A stretch of DNA of 64,000 nucleotides from Promethearchaeota archaeon (GTDB taxonomy: Archaea; Asgardarchaeota; Lokiarchaeia; Sigyniarchaeales; SOKP01), in NCBI GenBank assembly GCA_016839745.1, contig JAEOTS010000122.1, positions 1-64,000 on the forward strand, written 5' to 3'. The position numbers and the translations under genes were made by a program. The notes under the pieces were generated by a model that was not told the DNA's origin, did not search any database, and worked only from the letters and a program-made list of their open reading frames with translations. Each line of letters opens with the position of its first letter. Within the stretch, counting starts at the first letter, position 1. Of this stretch, positions 20,827 through 31,046 are shown piece by piece.

Positions 20827-20859
20827 AGAGTATAAAATTTTCACAAATCTTTATACTCT
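20827..20859. promoter_or_regulatory. Inverted repeat AGAGTATAAA-N13-TTTATACTCT in a divergent intergenic region
   Basis: Perfect 10-bp arms read directly from the sequence, between the sirtuin gene and the 20902 ORF. Confidence 0.45.
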
Positions 20860-20901
20860 TGTTGGTTGAAGTATTTATAGGATTAAATAAGTTGGATTTA
20901 T

Positions 20902-21294
20902 ATGACATATGCACTAAACTTCAATAGGGAAGAACTTTTGAGCATACAAATTGATTATGCCAAAATTAATTTTAAGCCCGAGCAGTTGTCTTTAATAAAA
21001 ACTATATCAAAACTCATTTGTGAGCAAATTTCAATCCCGCATTTGGCAATGAGAAGCACAGCATGGTTCGCTCTAATCGAATGGTAAAAAAGGGAGAACA
21101 AATTGATTTCAGAAATCCCAACTATGAGTATGGCAAATAAATTAAAAGCTACTAAGGAAATTTTTAATATTGGAAAGGAAAGATTAAAAAACATACTCAA
21201 TTATCCAAAAGAGCAGAGTGAAATTTTGTTGGATATTTGTTTTGAAAGAGCATTTAAGTGCTATTTAGAGCATCTCAATAGAATTCGGAGATAA
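20902..21294 (+). pseudogene. About 130-aa hypothetical protein interrupted by one in-frame TAA (21085-21087)
   Basis: ORFs 20902..21087 and 21103..21294 are in the same frame; the junction reads ...FALIEW*KRENKLISEIP... Confidence 0.6.
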
Positions 21295-21300
21295 ATGAAA

Positions 21301-22050
21301 TTATTTATTTAAGTAAGTAATTCTTTTAAATTCTAAAGACGCTATTAGAGCTTCAAGATTTTCTCCTAATTTGTAAAATTCTATCATTTTTTGTGGACTT
21401 TCAATATCATTCAAACTTGAAATGTGGTGAGAATCACAACCAATTGATACTTTAATATATTTCTCTTTCAATTTGTTAAAGAAGATATCATATTTCGGAG
21501 AGTAAAATTGTGGATAACTTGAATTGAACTCCACGATAACATCGTATTCTTTTAGGAATTCTAATAATACATCCAAACCCCTAGTAATAAAAAATGAAGG
21601 ATCGAAATGAGCAAGTCCTATTAGAGGAAAATCACTATTATATTTCTTCTTCCAAAAATTTAGAATCTTCTTAACGAAAGCTATTCCTTCAAAACTTTCG
21701 AGGTATTCGAATAAAATAAAATCATACTTGTTTGGAACTATATTGTTAATTATAAACTTCTCAGAACTACTTAAATCTATCTCTATTCCCTTAAAAAGGG
21801 TCAATTTTTTATTTTCATTAACAAGAAAATCTTTACACCTTGATAAATCTTCTAAATATCTCTTAATTTTATCAATATTGTTAAGATTAGGGATATGATC
21901 GGCTTTCCATGAATCTGTAAAATGATCTGTAATGCAAATATAATCTAAATCCTTTTTCAGCGCACTATTTACAATTTCCTCTATGGAATTTCTTCCATCT
22001 GAATATTTTGAGTGGATATGTAAATTTAATTTAGGAGATTCTATTTTCAT
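21301..22050 (-). CDS. PHP-domain phosphoesterase
   Basis: NLHIHSKYSDG, ITDH, GIE, AH, GCDSH. Confidence 0.88.
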   Translation of the reverse strand: MKIESPKLNLHIHSKYSDGRNSIEEIVNSALKKDLDYICITDHFTDSWKADHIPNLNNIDKIKRYLEDLSRCKDFLVNENKKLTLFKGIEIDLSSSEKFIINNIVPNKYDFILFEYLESFEGIAFVKKILNFWKKKYNSDFPLIGLAHFDPSFFITRGLDVLLEFLKEYDVIVEFNSSYPQFYSPKYDIFFNKLKEKYIKVSIGCDSHHISSLNDIESPQKMIEFYKLGENLEALIASLEFKRITYLNK

Positions 22051-22096
22051 AACTCTATCTTTTAAAATTTTTAAAAGATATTATATTTTAAGCTAA

Positions 22097-23968
22097 CTAA
22101 ATCCCTAGTGATTTTATTTCTTTATTGCGAAACCAAGATAAAATTCCGAAAATGAAGAGAATTATTCCAAAAATAAAAAGTACTGAAGTAAAAAGAGTTG
22201 TCCCTGCGAAACCTGGGATGTTCGTAATAGATGTACCGATATTAATAAATATATCCTGTATCGAGACGAAATTATTTACGAACATAAACACTATACTAAA
22301 AATAACAACTCCCGAGATAAATAGCAAAACATCTATTATCAGATTTATAGTATGGATTAATTTAGATTTTTTTTTTCCTAAATCAATGATCTGAGCATTC
22401 CCGATATTAATTGCGACCCTCTCTTTATCAACAAACTTAACAAAATAATACGCTAACTCTCTCAGAGGCAATAAATCGAGAATAACTGTTATAACTGTAA
22501 ACACACACACTATAATTAAAACTCGATTTATTATTACTAAATCAGGGTTAACATCTGAAAAATTATTTATCGCCCATATAAAGAGCCCTATTATAATAGA
22601 AAAGAAGAATTTAATACCGGTTAGTGTCAAATTTATTGAGGGTTTATCAGTTATGGCTAACAAGTGATAGGTAAAGCCAATTACTAATATTATCAGTCCT
22701 AAAACTAAAGCTGGGATTGAAATTATAATACCTAGTATCACAGCAAAAACTAAAAAACAAATAAAAATAAAAATTGGTAAAAAAGGAAAGAAAGGCGCCT
22801 TAAACGGGCGATCTAACTCCTTTCTCTTTCGTCTTAATTTTACAGCAGCGTAATTTACAAAAGCAAGAGCAAAAAAGTATATGAAATTAGTAATTTCAGC
22901 TGTTAATCCAATTCCCGCAAAAATTGTGAATAGTAGAACTAAAATAACAGAAATAATTAAACCCAAAACAGGTAGATCTGATTTTGTTTTAGTCTCTCTA
23001 ATTTTTTCATGAACAAATCGATCTCTTGCTAAAGCAGTAATTACAGCTACTGCTGAACCCAATGCTGCATTTATAGCGATTAACGTTGAAATAATAGCAG
23101 CAAAAACCATAAAATAGAAACCAAATGTTCCAATAACGCTTTCAAATACATCAGCTAATAATACGGGATTATCACTTAAATCAGCGGGATTTCCTCCTAT
23201 AACTAATAAAACTACAAAAGTAATTGATAAATATATAACTAATGTTATAATTATCGCATATATAATTGTTTTAGGGATGTTCTTTGAAGGGTTTTTTAAT
23301 TCGGGGTTTAAATAAGCTATGTTTGAAGTTATTGAGGTAAAAAAAATAAATAATAATAAAAAGCCCGGAATAACCCCCTCAAATTTAATTGGAGGAAGAA
23401 AAAAATTAGGATTTGTGAATGGTGAGATTAATAATCCAGAAATAATAAAGAACGCAAATAAGCAAATTAATATGAAGGTTAGCAATAATAACGCTTTGAT
23501 AGCAATTTTTTGCGTCCTGAAAATTATAATGCTTGTAAAAAGTACAGGCAAGATAGATATAATTGTTACTATTATATCTGAAATTGGAAGGTTAAATTTA
23601 GTAAAAACTTCATTAAACACAGATGCAAATATTTGTGCCGAAAATGAACATGTTGCGATATTTGCTATCCATAAAAAGAAACCAATTATAAAAGCTAAGA
23701 ATCCACCAAGACCCTCTTTGCTAAAATTATAAGCACCTCCAGCAATTGGAAGACTTGTAGAGAGTTCAGCATAATTTAATCCCGTAAAAAAAATTAATAT
23801 CCCCCCTAAAAGGAGACTTAATAATAAACCCGATCCGGCATATTCAATACCTAATCCTAACAATATGAATATGGAACCACCTATTCCACATCCTATACCA
23901 TATATTATCCCTTGAGATAACTTCAGTGTCCTTTCTTGTACAACTTCTTTGGGTTTTATCTCATTCAA
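22097..23968 (-). CDS. APC-family amino acid permease with extra C-terminal TM helices
   Basis: GCGIGGSIF, YAELSTSLPIAGGAY, ELKNPSKNIPK, LDRPFKAP. Confidence 0.88.
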   Translation of the reverse strand: MNEIKPKEVVQERTLKLSQGIIYGIGCGIGGSIFILLGLGIEYAGSGLLLSLLLGGILIFFTGLNYAELSTSLPIAGGAYNFSKEGLGGFLAFIIGFFLWIANIATCSFSAQIFASVFNEVFTKFNLPISDIIVTIISILPVLFTSIIIFRTQKIAIKALLLLTFILICLFAFFIISGLLISPFTNPNFFLPPIKFEGVIPGFLLLFIFFTSITSNIAYLNPELKNPSKNIPKTIIYAIIITLVIYLSITFVVLLVIGGNPADLSDNPVLLADVFESVIGTFGFYFMVFAAIISTLIAINAALGSAVAVITALARDRFVHEKIRETKTKSDLPVLGLIISVILVLLFTIFAGIGLTAEITNFIYFFALAFVNYAAVKLRRKRKELDRPFKAPFFPFLPIFIFICFLVFAVILGIIISIPALVLGLIILVIGFTYHLLAITDKPSINLTLTGIKFFFSIIIGLFIWAINNFSDVNPDLVIINRVLIIVCVFTVITVILDLLPLRELAYYFVKFVDKERVAINIGNAQIIDLGKKKSKLIHTINLIIDVLLFISGVVIFSIVFMFVNNFVSIQDIFINIGTSITNIPGFAGTTLFTSVLFIFGIILFIFGILSWFRNKEIKSLGI

Positions 23969-24030
23969 GTTTAATCGTTCTGTATTGTACTTTTCTTGTT
24001 AGGATATCTTAAGATCAAAACTATACTCAT

Positions 24031-25482
24031 TTAAGATTTTTCAAGATGAAAAACTCCACTAGCGACTGAAAAAACTCCCGCAATTATTAGGATAAGAAAA
24101 AGTAAGATTTCCATTTCGCTAAAATTTATAACTCCGGCGAAACCGAGTAGTACCAATATTATTATTAGTATTCCGACACCAATAAGAATACCGCCGAAAA
24201 ATTTTGATAATCTATAAACTAACGAGAGGAATTCTAATCTGTGAATTCTACTCTCTTTATCTCGAATTTCTTCCTCTTGAGTTTCAAGTTCTAACTTTAG
24301 TTTTTGAAGGAGAGTTTTAGCGTCGTTGGTACTTTGATCAATAACTTCTTTAGATTTTACAAGTTTTTCATGTTCGGCATTCATATAATCTAGTTTCTCT
24401 GTAATAGAGTTTAATCGTTCTTCTCTTTCAGCATATTCAAGATTGGTGGTTTCAATATCTTTTTTGATATCTTCTAATCTAGTTTCGTTTGCTTTGATTA
24501 GACTTTCTTGACTCGATATTTGTTCAACAATAGATTTAGTAGCTTCGTTATGTTGTTGTATTTGTGATTCGACTTCGATCAAATGTTCTTGCTTTTCTGT
24601 GAGTTGGATTTTATATTTTGCAATAAGTTCTTCGTATGTTTCTCTTTGTTTTTCCATTTCTGGAAAACCGTCTTTGTAATCCTCTATATTCTGTTCAATA
24701 ATTTTAATCCGAGTCTCATTTTTCTCAATTTGCTCAGTTAATAGCTTCTTTTCTTCCTCTTTCGCTTCTATTTCTTTGTTAGTATGTTCTAATTCGAATT
24801 TATTTTTACCTATTGAAACTTTAAGTGTTTCGTTTTCAGCTGTTTGACTTTTTATCTTTTTTTCTAAAGCCTCGGCAGTTTCTCTTTGTTTTTCAAGTAA
24901 GTTCTCTTTTTCTTGTATTTCTTGATTCAATTTTGTAATACTATTACGGAGTTCCTCTTGATTAGTTACTTTCTCTTTTACACTATCAGTAAGAACAATT
25001 AAATCTACTTGTCTCGTTTCAAAAGTATGTACTAACTGTTCATTATTTTTTAGTAATTCCTTATATTCAACTTCTAAATTTTCTTTGCTCTCCTTAATTA
25101 TTTCAAATCGTTCTTCTAAATTTTGCATATCTTCATTTTTATGATTATATCTTTCCTCAAGCGCCTTAATGGTTTCTTCAACAGCAGTTAAATATTCCTC
25201 TTTATCTTCAACTTTACTTTGAAATAATTCTAACTTTTCTTGAGCTTCTCGGATTTCTTCACTAATCTTATCACTTCTTCTTTCTTTTTTGTCCGGTTCT
25301 GTGTCACCATCTTTAATTGTACCAGAAATATCTTCAATACTATTTTCAAAAGTTCTAAGTTTCTTGTCAATCAAATCTCTTGAATTTTTAGCTTTTGATA
25401 AGTATTCTTTATCAACTTTTTCAACATCTTTTTCTGATTTATCCTCTGTTTTTTCCGGTTCCTCTTTGATCTCGTCAGTCAT
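24031..25482 (-). CDS. Long coiled-coil protein with C-terminal two-TM anchor
   Basis: About 400 aa of E/K/Q-rich heptads followed by two hydrophobic helices; no Walker motifs. Confidence 0.75.
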   Translation of the reverse strand: MTDEIKEEPEKTEDKSEKDVEKVDKEYLSKAKNSRDLIDKKLRTFENSIEDISGTIKDGDTEPDKKERRSDKISEEIREAQEKLELFQSKVEDKEEYLTAVEETIKALEERYNHKNEDMQNLEERFEIIKESKENLEVEYKELLKNNEQLVHTFETRQVDLIVLTDSVKEKVTNQEELRNSITKLNQEIQEKENLLEKQRETAEALEKKIKSQTAENETLKVSIGKNKFELEHTNKEIEAKEEEKKLLTEQIEKNETRIKIIEQNIEDYKDGFPEMEKQRETYEELIAKYKIQLTEKQEHLIEVESQIQQHNEATKSIVEQISSQESLIKANETRLEDIKKDIETTNLEYAEREERLNSITEKLDYMNAEHEKLVKSKEVIDQSTNDAKTLLQKLKLELETQEEEIRDKESRIHRLEFLSLVYRLSKFFGGILIGVGILIIILVLLGFAGVINFSEMEILLFLILIIAGVFSVASGVFHLEKS

Positions 25483-25921
25483 AGTAAGATTTTTATTTTA
25501 GGAATTTTAGATTTGCATTTAATAAAAGGAGAATTTGGAATTTATAATTTAATATTTATTTAAATACAAAAAATATATTTTATCTTGCTTAACCATATGT
25601 TGACACAAATAAATATTCATTTTCTACATCAAACAAACTTCTTTATAAAATATACTCAACACAAATATTTAAACTTTTGACATGATTTTATTTAGGGGGT
25701 TTTTCGTTGCTAGATCAAGCAATAAATTTATATAAGAGTATCTATAGAAAGATAGAAAAAAAAGATTTTTCAACAGCTTAGATTACGGTATCAATAACCC
25801 CAACCGTTATAGTTCTTACAGAATAACATCAAAATTAAGAATCTAAGAATTTTCTTAATATATTAGTTCATTCTATTCTGATCCTGACTAAATATTCTTG
25901 AAAATATTGGGATCGTATTGA

Positions 25922-27391
25922 TTAGCTTTCATTGATTAATCTAATCTTAATATTGATGAAAAAAGTTCTAGGCCCAAAAGTTACTAAAGCATAATAATTC
26001 TCACGGCTCCCAACTTCTAATTTTCTATCAACAATAGGTAAGATTAATTGACGGTTTCCATAAGTGCTTGCCAATTCATGATCATAATGGTTAAAATCGG
26101 CACGGTTTTCAAGTGCTGTTACTGTATGTAGAAATTGGGAACTGTCCTTAGAGGAAATTTCAGCAAACATATAATGCAAATCAATATAATTTCCGTACTC
26201 ATGTTCATTCATAATTAAGCTTACGGTTGTATGATATGACTTAACAAGTAATTCCCCATTTTTTAAATTCGGATTTGCTTCTAAGCTTAAGTTTAACACT
26301 TTCTCAATTACATTTGTAATATACAGTAATTGGGTTATAGCATAACTCCTCAACTTTACTTTATATGTTAAAGTTAATTCATTTTTATTTTCGACTCGAC
26401 TAATTTCTTTAATTTCTTTCATAGAATTAAACATCGAAGGATCTTTACTAGGTGAGAAGTTTGTCGGATTTAATCTATTTAGGTTTCTATATCCCCAACT
26501 TCTTAAGATATTTTTTTGTGAGAATTTTAAAGTTTCCGTAGCTTCCAAAAATCCTCTTACCATTTGGGATATTTCTAAAGTTGGAGTAGCACTTCCAATT
26601 ATAATTCTGTGCCATGAATTTTGTAAAAATCCCTGTATTGAAAACATTTGAGAGAAAGCACTAGTAGGTGTCATACCCCCAAAAGTTCTCGGATCAATTT
26701 CGACCCACACATTATTGTAGAGTTTTAGAAGCTGATAGTATAAATTAAAATCTCCAGAGATATCTAAACCACTCAAAATTGTAACGATATCGGAATGTTG
26801 TGATAAAAATGACTTAATTTTATCGTATGTAGTGTATTCCGTGTTGTTCTCTGGGAGATTAGTATTTCCTATATCAATTTTAAGGAAATAACCCTTTTCC
26901 TTACAGTAATTAATTAAATCATTAAAGTTATTGTTGTCTGCATCAGTTATGTCTAGTTTTAAAAAAGAGGGATAAACTACTACTCCAACGACTGGAATTT
27001 GATTTTGGATCGATTTTATGAAGGGTATGGCGCTATTGCTAAGATCAAAAGATAAAATTGCTTTAAACAAATTAGGCTCCTTTTTTACAACTGTGATTAC
27101 ATCCTCATTAGTAATTCCGTAATCCCTATGCAAATCCATTGCCTGGATCAGTCCATGCTTGATATTTGAGATAAAAAGCTCTATTTTTTCATCTTCTACA
27201 CTAATTTTTCTACAATAAAAATAATTTTTCCCATCGTTATCTTGAAGCTTTAAAAGAGTTGCTAGAGCATTAGAAGGCTCAATATCGTTAAATATCGGCC
27301 AAATTAAGGAATCTATTTGACCGTAGATAAAAGCATTTGCGTAATTTGCTCCAAATATAGAACTCAAGTCTGGTTGATATAATCTTTCCAT
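25922..27391 (-). CDS. Amidohydrolase_2-like TIM barrel fused to a C-terminal YjbQ/UPF0047-like domain
   Basis: C-terminal HTTVSLIMNE...LILPIVDRKLEVG...GPR (YjbQ-like); N-terminal YNNVWVEI...RIIIGSATP (amidohydrolase-like, degenerate). Confidence 0.6.
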   Translation of the reverse strand: MERLYQPDLSSIFGANYANAFIYGQIDSLIWPIFNDIEPSNALATLLKLQDNDGKNYFYCRKISVEDEKIELFISNIKHGLIQAMDLHRDYGITNEDVITVVKKEPNLFKAILSFDLSNSAIPFIKSIQNQIPVVGVVVYPSFLKLDITDADNNNFNDLINYCKEKGYFLKIDIGNTNLPENNTEYTTYDKIKSFLSQHSDIVTILSGLDISGDFNLYYQLLKLYNNVWVEIDPRTFGGMTPTSAFSQMFSIQGFLQNSWHRIIIGSATPTLEISQMVRGFLEATETLKFSQKNILRSWGYRNLNRLNPTNFSPSKDPSMFNSMKEIKEISRVENKNELTLTYKVKLRSYAITQLLYITNVIEKVLNLSLEANPNLKNGELLVKSYHTTVSLIMNEHEYGNYIDLHYMFAEISSKDSSQFLHTVTALENRADFNHYDHELASTYGNRQLILPIVDRKLEVGSRENYYALVTFGPRTFFINIKIRLINES

Positions 27392-27498
27392 AGTAATTTC
27401 CTCTTTTTACAAATCGAACTTTAAATATTAAGCACTTTAAATAAAATATTTTAATGTAAGAAACCAAATAATAATTATTAAGTTAATTCCTCTAATTT

Positions 27499-29499
27499 TT
27501 GAATTTTGCATTTATGATTGATTTAAAACTTGGAAACTATCCTATTATTATATCCCCTAATATTGGAAATCCTATTTTATTAAATTTAAAGGATTATCAA
27601 GATCGAGCTCAATTTCCCATAAAGAACTTGTCTTTTAGGGCTCTAGTAATTGCTTCTAAATCTCATTCAGCTCAAAAAATTTTGGAAAACTTTCATCAAA
27701 ATTTATTTATCCAACCAATATTGAAAGAAAACGGTGAGTTTTCAAAAAGACGAGGAGATTTAATAGACTTACATCTTGTCGAAATTGAAAAAATTGAAAA
27801 ATTAGATTTCAGAGACCAACCAGTTTTAGAGGAAGAGAATTGTATAGTATGGGACATTAATAATTGCGTTTTTCAATTTGACGATGTTTTTGGAAAAAGA
27901 GAAGCTCTTTATAGAGTAAGATTAGAAATACGCGAACTTGTAACAATAGAAAAATTATTAAAAAATTCTAACCGAGATTTTCTATTGTTCGATATCGTTC
28001 ATGATATCCCCAATCTGAGCGAGAATAAGGTAAATTATCATAGTATCGCAATATTCGATAAAGATTGGAAAGATTTTAACTTTATTCACGCTACAGATTT
28101 TCACATTGCAAGGAGAAACGACTTTATATTACACTACTTAAGGGAAAAAGTAAGATCCAAGGTTGATAAATTTGGTTCTAAAGTTAAAAAATTATCTAAA
28201 ATTGATAAATTTGTTTTAACCCGAGACTTTGAATTTAAAGAAGAATTCCAAGAGAATAGATACGAGGAACTAAGGACTGCAAAATACAATTTTAATTATA
28301 ATTTAAGAAAATTAATAGAATTTGCAAACAATAGAGCTTCGAAAAGAAATCTCGATTTTATGTTTATGACAGGGGATTTAATAGACTACTTAAACATAGC
28401 GAGAGGAAATTATCAATATGAGAATAATTTTCAAGTTTTTTTAGATATTTTACTTGGTTTGAATAAAGGATTAGAAAATCCTCCATATTTAGGAGCTGAT
28501 GAGGAATTTGTCAATAAACAAGAGATTATGGTTCCAATTTTTACAACAATTGGAAATCACGATTATCGCAAAGAACATTATGGGATGAGATTTGGTCAAA
28601 TTCACAAAATTTTCGGGATGACTCATTCAGATGTAAAAGGATATTATGACATTAAATTCTTTAACTACATTACTGCTCTTAGGTCTGATGATAAGTATTT
28701 GAAGGATTATTTTAGATATATTAACCCTAATCTTAATTTTAACCTAAAAATTGGTGAAAAGTATAATTTTATTTTCCTTGATACTGGACAGGATTCGATA
28801 GCAGATATGCATGACTTATTAAAAGGGGGTCCGAGTACTAAAGGGATTAAAGAGTATCAAGTAGATTTATTGCGTGCTTATATAAGATTAGCTCATAATG
28901 AAAAAGTTATTGTAGTTATGCACACGCCCCCCATTTCCCCTAATCTTAATGCAAATAAAAGAAGAAAATATAAAAAAAAATTGAATATCAAGAATAGAAA
29001 ATTAGAATGGTCCGATTTCTACGAACAAAATTTAAGAAGATACGTTGGAACTGGAAGGTTAGACAAGATATTAAACTTAAAATACCAAACAATCATGTAT
29101 AATTGGTCCACGCTTCTAAGAATTTTTACAGGCTCAGATAAGATCATTAGAAGGAAAGTTGATATTGTAATGTGTGGACATACACACACTTTAAAGGAAT
29201 ATCGTTTAAAAGAAGCTAAAAAAACCGAGCGAATAAATTTTGGTTTTTGGTTTTTCCCTATTTATATAGAAGTACCGTGTGAAGTTTATACTTCGCTTTA
29301 TCGAGATAAATTTAAGGAAATCAAGGATCCTCTAGATTTACAAGTCTGGTTCGATGTAAACAAACCATTTATATTTCAAACACAAGCTGTGGGACCACTT
29401 TCGGCGCACTTCAAATTTAAACCGCCCGGCTTTAGACTTTACACCATAAAAGATAATCAAATGACTAATGCTAAAGTATTTTCATTACACCTAAGGTGA
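27499..29499 (+). CDS. Calcineurin-like metallophosphoesterase with large insertions
   Basis: HATDFH, TGDLID, GNHD, VMHTP, CGHTH. Confidence 0.85.
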   Translation: MNFAFMIDLKLGNYPIIISPNIGNPILLNLKDYQDRAQFPIKNLSFRALVIASKSHSAQKILENFHQNLFIQPILKENGEFSKRRGDLIDLHLVEIEKIEKLDFRDQPVLEEENCIVWDINNCVFQFDDVFGKREALYRVRLEIRELVTIEKLLKNSNRDFLLFDIVHDIPNLSENKVNYHSIAIFDKDWKDFNFIHATDFHIARRNDFILHYLREKVRSKVDKFGSKVKKLSKIDKFVLTRDFEFKEEFQENRYEELRTAKYNFNYNLRKLIEFANNRASKRNLDFMFMTGDLIDYLNIARGNYQYENNFQVFLDILLGLNKGLENPPYLGADEEFVNKQEIMVPIFTTIGNHDYRKEHYGMRFGQIHKIFGMTHSDVKGYYDIKFFNYITALRSDDKYLKDYFRYINPNLNFNLKIGEKYNFIFLDTGQDSIADMHDLLKGGPSTKGIKEYQVDLLRAYIRLAHNEKVIVVMHTPPISPNLNANKRRKYKKKLNIKNRKLEWSDFYEQNLRRYVGTGRLDKILNLKYQTIMYNWSTLLRIFTGSDKIIRRKVDIVMCGHTHTLKEYRLKEAKKTERINFGFWFFPIYIEVPCEVYTSLYRDKFKEIKDPLDLQVWFDVNKPFIFQTQAVGPLSAHFKFKPPGFRLYTIKDNQMTNAKVFSLHLR

Positions 29500-29519
29500 A
29501 ATATTTTGAGAGAGCACTA

Positions 29520-30488
29520 TTACTTATTGTTCATTAATTCGATTACTTCCTCATACGATGTATCTGGCATGGGTCCGAAAAATTGAACTTTTAACGCTCC
29601 AGCCGCGTTTGCAAACATTCCAACTCTTTTTAAATCCCAACCTGCTAAATAACCAACAATAAAAGCGCCATCAAATGTATCACCTGCTCCTGTTGGATCT
29701 ATTTCCTCAACTTTAAATCCTGGAACCTTTATACCATCTACCAATCCAGAAGTAAAAATAGTGCACCCATCTTTTCCTTGTTTCAAAACAACTAGTTTTA
29801 AACCTTCTTCTAATAATTTCTTACACGCTTTTGATTCTCCCTTCACACCCGCAAGCATTTCTGCTTCTTCTCCACTTGGGAATAGTATGGTAGTCCCTTC
29901 TAAAATTGGTTTAGAAATTTCTATGATCGTCTTTATATCTAGCATTTCTGGTCTTAAATTTGGATCGAATGAAATAATTACTTTTGGATTTAATGATTGT
30001 GCAATTTTTATTGCTTTATAGCATGATTCCCGAGAACTTTCACTAATTGAAAGAGAACTTCCCATAATGTGAAGCGCTTTTATGTTTGAAAAGTATTCCT
30101 TTTCAATATCATCTGGAGAAGTTTGTCCTGCCGCTCCAGCAGCAAAAATGAATTTACGCGTGCCATCTGAATTATATTGATTAAAGGCTATTCCAGTAGT
30201 TCTTGAATTGTTAATCCGAATTTTAGAAATATCGACGCCGTCAGATTTTAATTTATTAAAGATTACTTTTCCAAATTCATCATTTCCAACAACACCGATA
30301 AAACCTGTAGATAAATCAAACGACTTAGACATTCGAGTAACAGAGTCTATAAAGATGGCAGGAGCTCCACTAGGAAATGGTCCCTTATAAGAAGCCCCAA
30401 CCATTCCATGAGGAGTATCTTTTTCAGATCTCATAACTTCAACTAATAATTCTCCCAAACAAATGATATTAGGTCCCATTGTGATCAA
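29520..30488 (-). CDS. PfkB-family sugar kinase
   Basis: SGAPAIF, GVVGNDEFG, FDPNLR, DPTGAGDTFDGAF. Confidence 0.92.
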   Translation of the reverse strand: MITMGPNIICLGELLVEVMRSEKDTPHGMVGASYKGPFPSGAPAIFIDSVTRMSKSFDLSTGFIGVVGNDEFGKVIFNKLKSDGVDISKIRINNSRTTGIAFNQYNSDGTRKFIFAAGAAGQTSPDDIEKEYFSNIKALHIMGSSLSISESSRESCYKAIKIAQSLNPKVIISFDPNLRPEMLDIKTIIEISKPILEGTTILFPSGEEAEMLAGVKGESKACKKLLEEGLKLVVLKQGKDGCTIFTSGLVDGIKVPGFKVEEIDPTGAGDTFDGAFIVGYLAGWDLKRVGMFANAAGALKVQFFGPMPDTSYEEVIELMNNK

Positions 30489-30626
30489 CTTCTATTTATA
30501 ACATAAAAATTCATTTTTATTTAAATTTTTTAAAACAAATTTTCCTTTTATGAGAAGCGTACTTTTTTTTATATTTTAAATCTATATAATAATCAATAAT
30601 TTTATTGATAAAATTAGGTGTGAAAA

Positions 30627-30866
30627 ATTAACAATAGGAAAAAAGTTGAATTAATAGCTGAAATTTTAGATAGATACGACGATGGTGAATGTTTGTACTG
30701 TGGTGGAACTCTAAATGGCGATTTGGAAAGCGATGATTTCGATGATGGATATTCCGATGATTGGTGTGATAATTGTGCTAAAGAAATTGACCCTCATGAC
30801 GACTGGGAAGATGCTTGCTTAATTGCAATAGATAAAGTTATTCACGATAAACCATTCAAGGCTTAA
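30627..30866 (+). CDS. Small acidic CxxC...CxxC (zinc-finger-like) protein with apparent ATT start; absent from the ORF track
   Basis: Translation (I/M)NNRKKVELIAEILDRYDDGECLYCGGTLNGDLESDDFDDGYSDDWCDNCAKEIDPHDDWEDACLIAIDKVIHDKPFKA*; in-frame TGA at 30621, GGTG at 30617-30620. Confidence 0.65.
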   Translation: MNNRKKVELIAEILDRYDDGECLYCGGTLNGDLESDDFDDGYSDDWCDNCAKEIDPHDDWEDACLIAIDKVIHDKPFKA

Positions 30867-31046
30867 AATCTATTTAGTACCCTATTTCTATTAGGAAATA
30901 ATTGAAATGGAAGATGGAACAAGAGAAATCGACCCATGTGATTTTATAGCATATTTTATGTCTAAAGTTGCCATATAGTTTCCATGGATAAAAATGAGCA
31001 TACCAATGTTATGGCCCTAAACCAAAGACTAAACTGTTGACATTAT

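Noticed and set aside
21085-21087. Selenocysteine or pyrrolysine recoding at the internal stop
   Set aside because: The codon is TAA, not TGA or TAG, and there is no redox motif context
24031-25482. SMC/Rad50 assignment for the coiled-coil protein
   Set aside because: No Walker A/B, signature, hinge or hook motifs; ends in TM helices
25707-25826. Short frame LLDQAINLYKSIYRKIEKKDFSTA*ITVSITPTVIVLTE* after AGGGGG
   Set aside because: Only 24 codons before a stop and no recognisable homology; may be a relic but cannot be supported
30907-31020. Short frame MEDGTREIDPCDFIAYFMSKVAI*FPWIKMSIPMLWP* with in-frame TAG (pyrrolysine readthrough?)
   Set aside because: Too short, with no Pyl machinery or family match in the window
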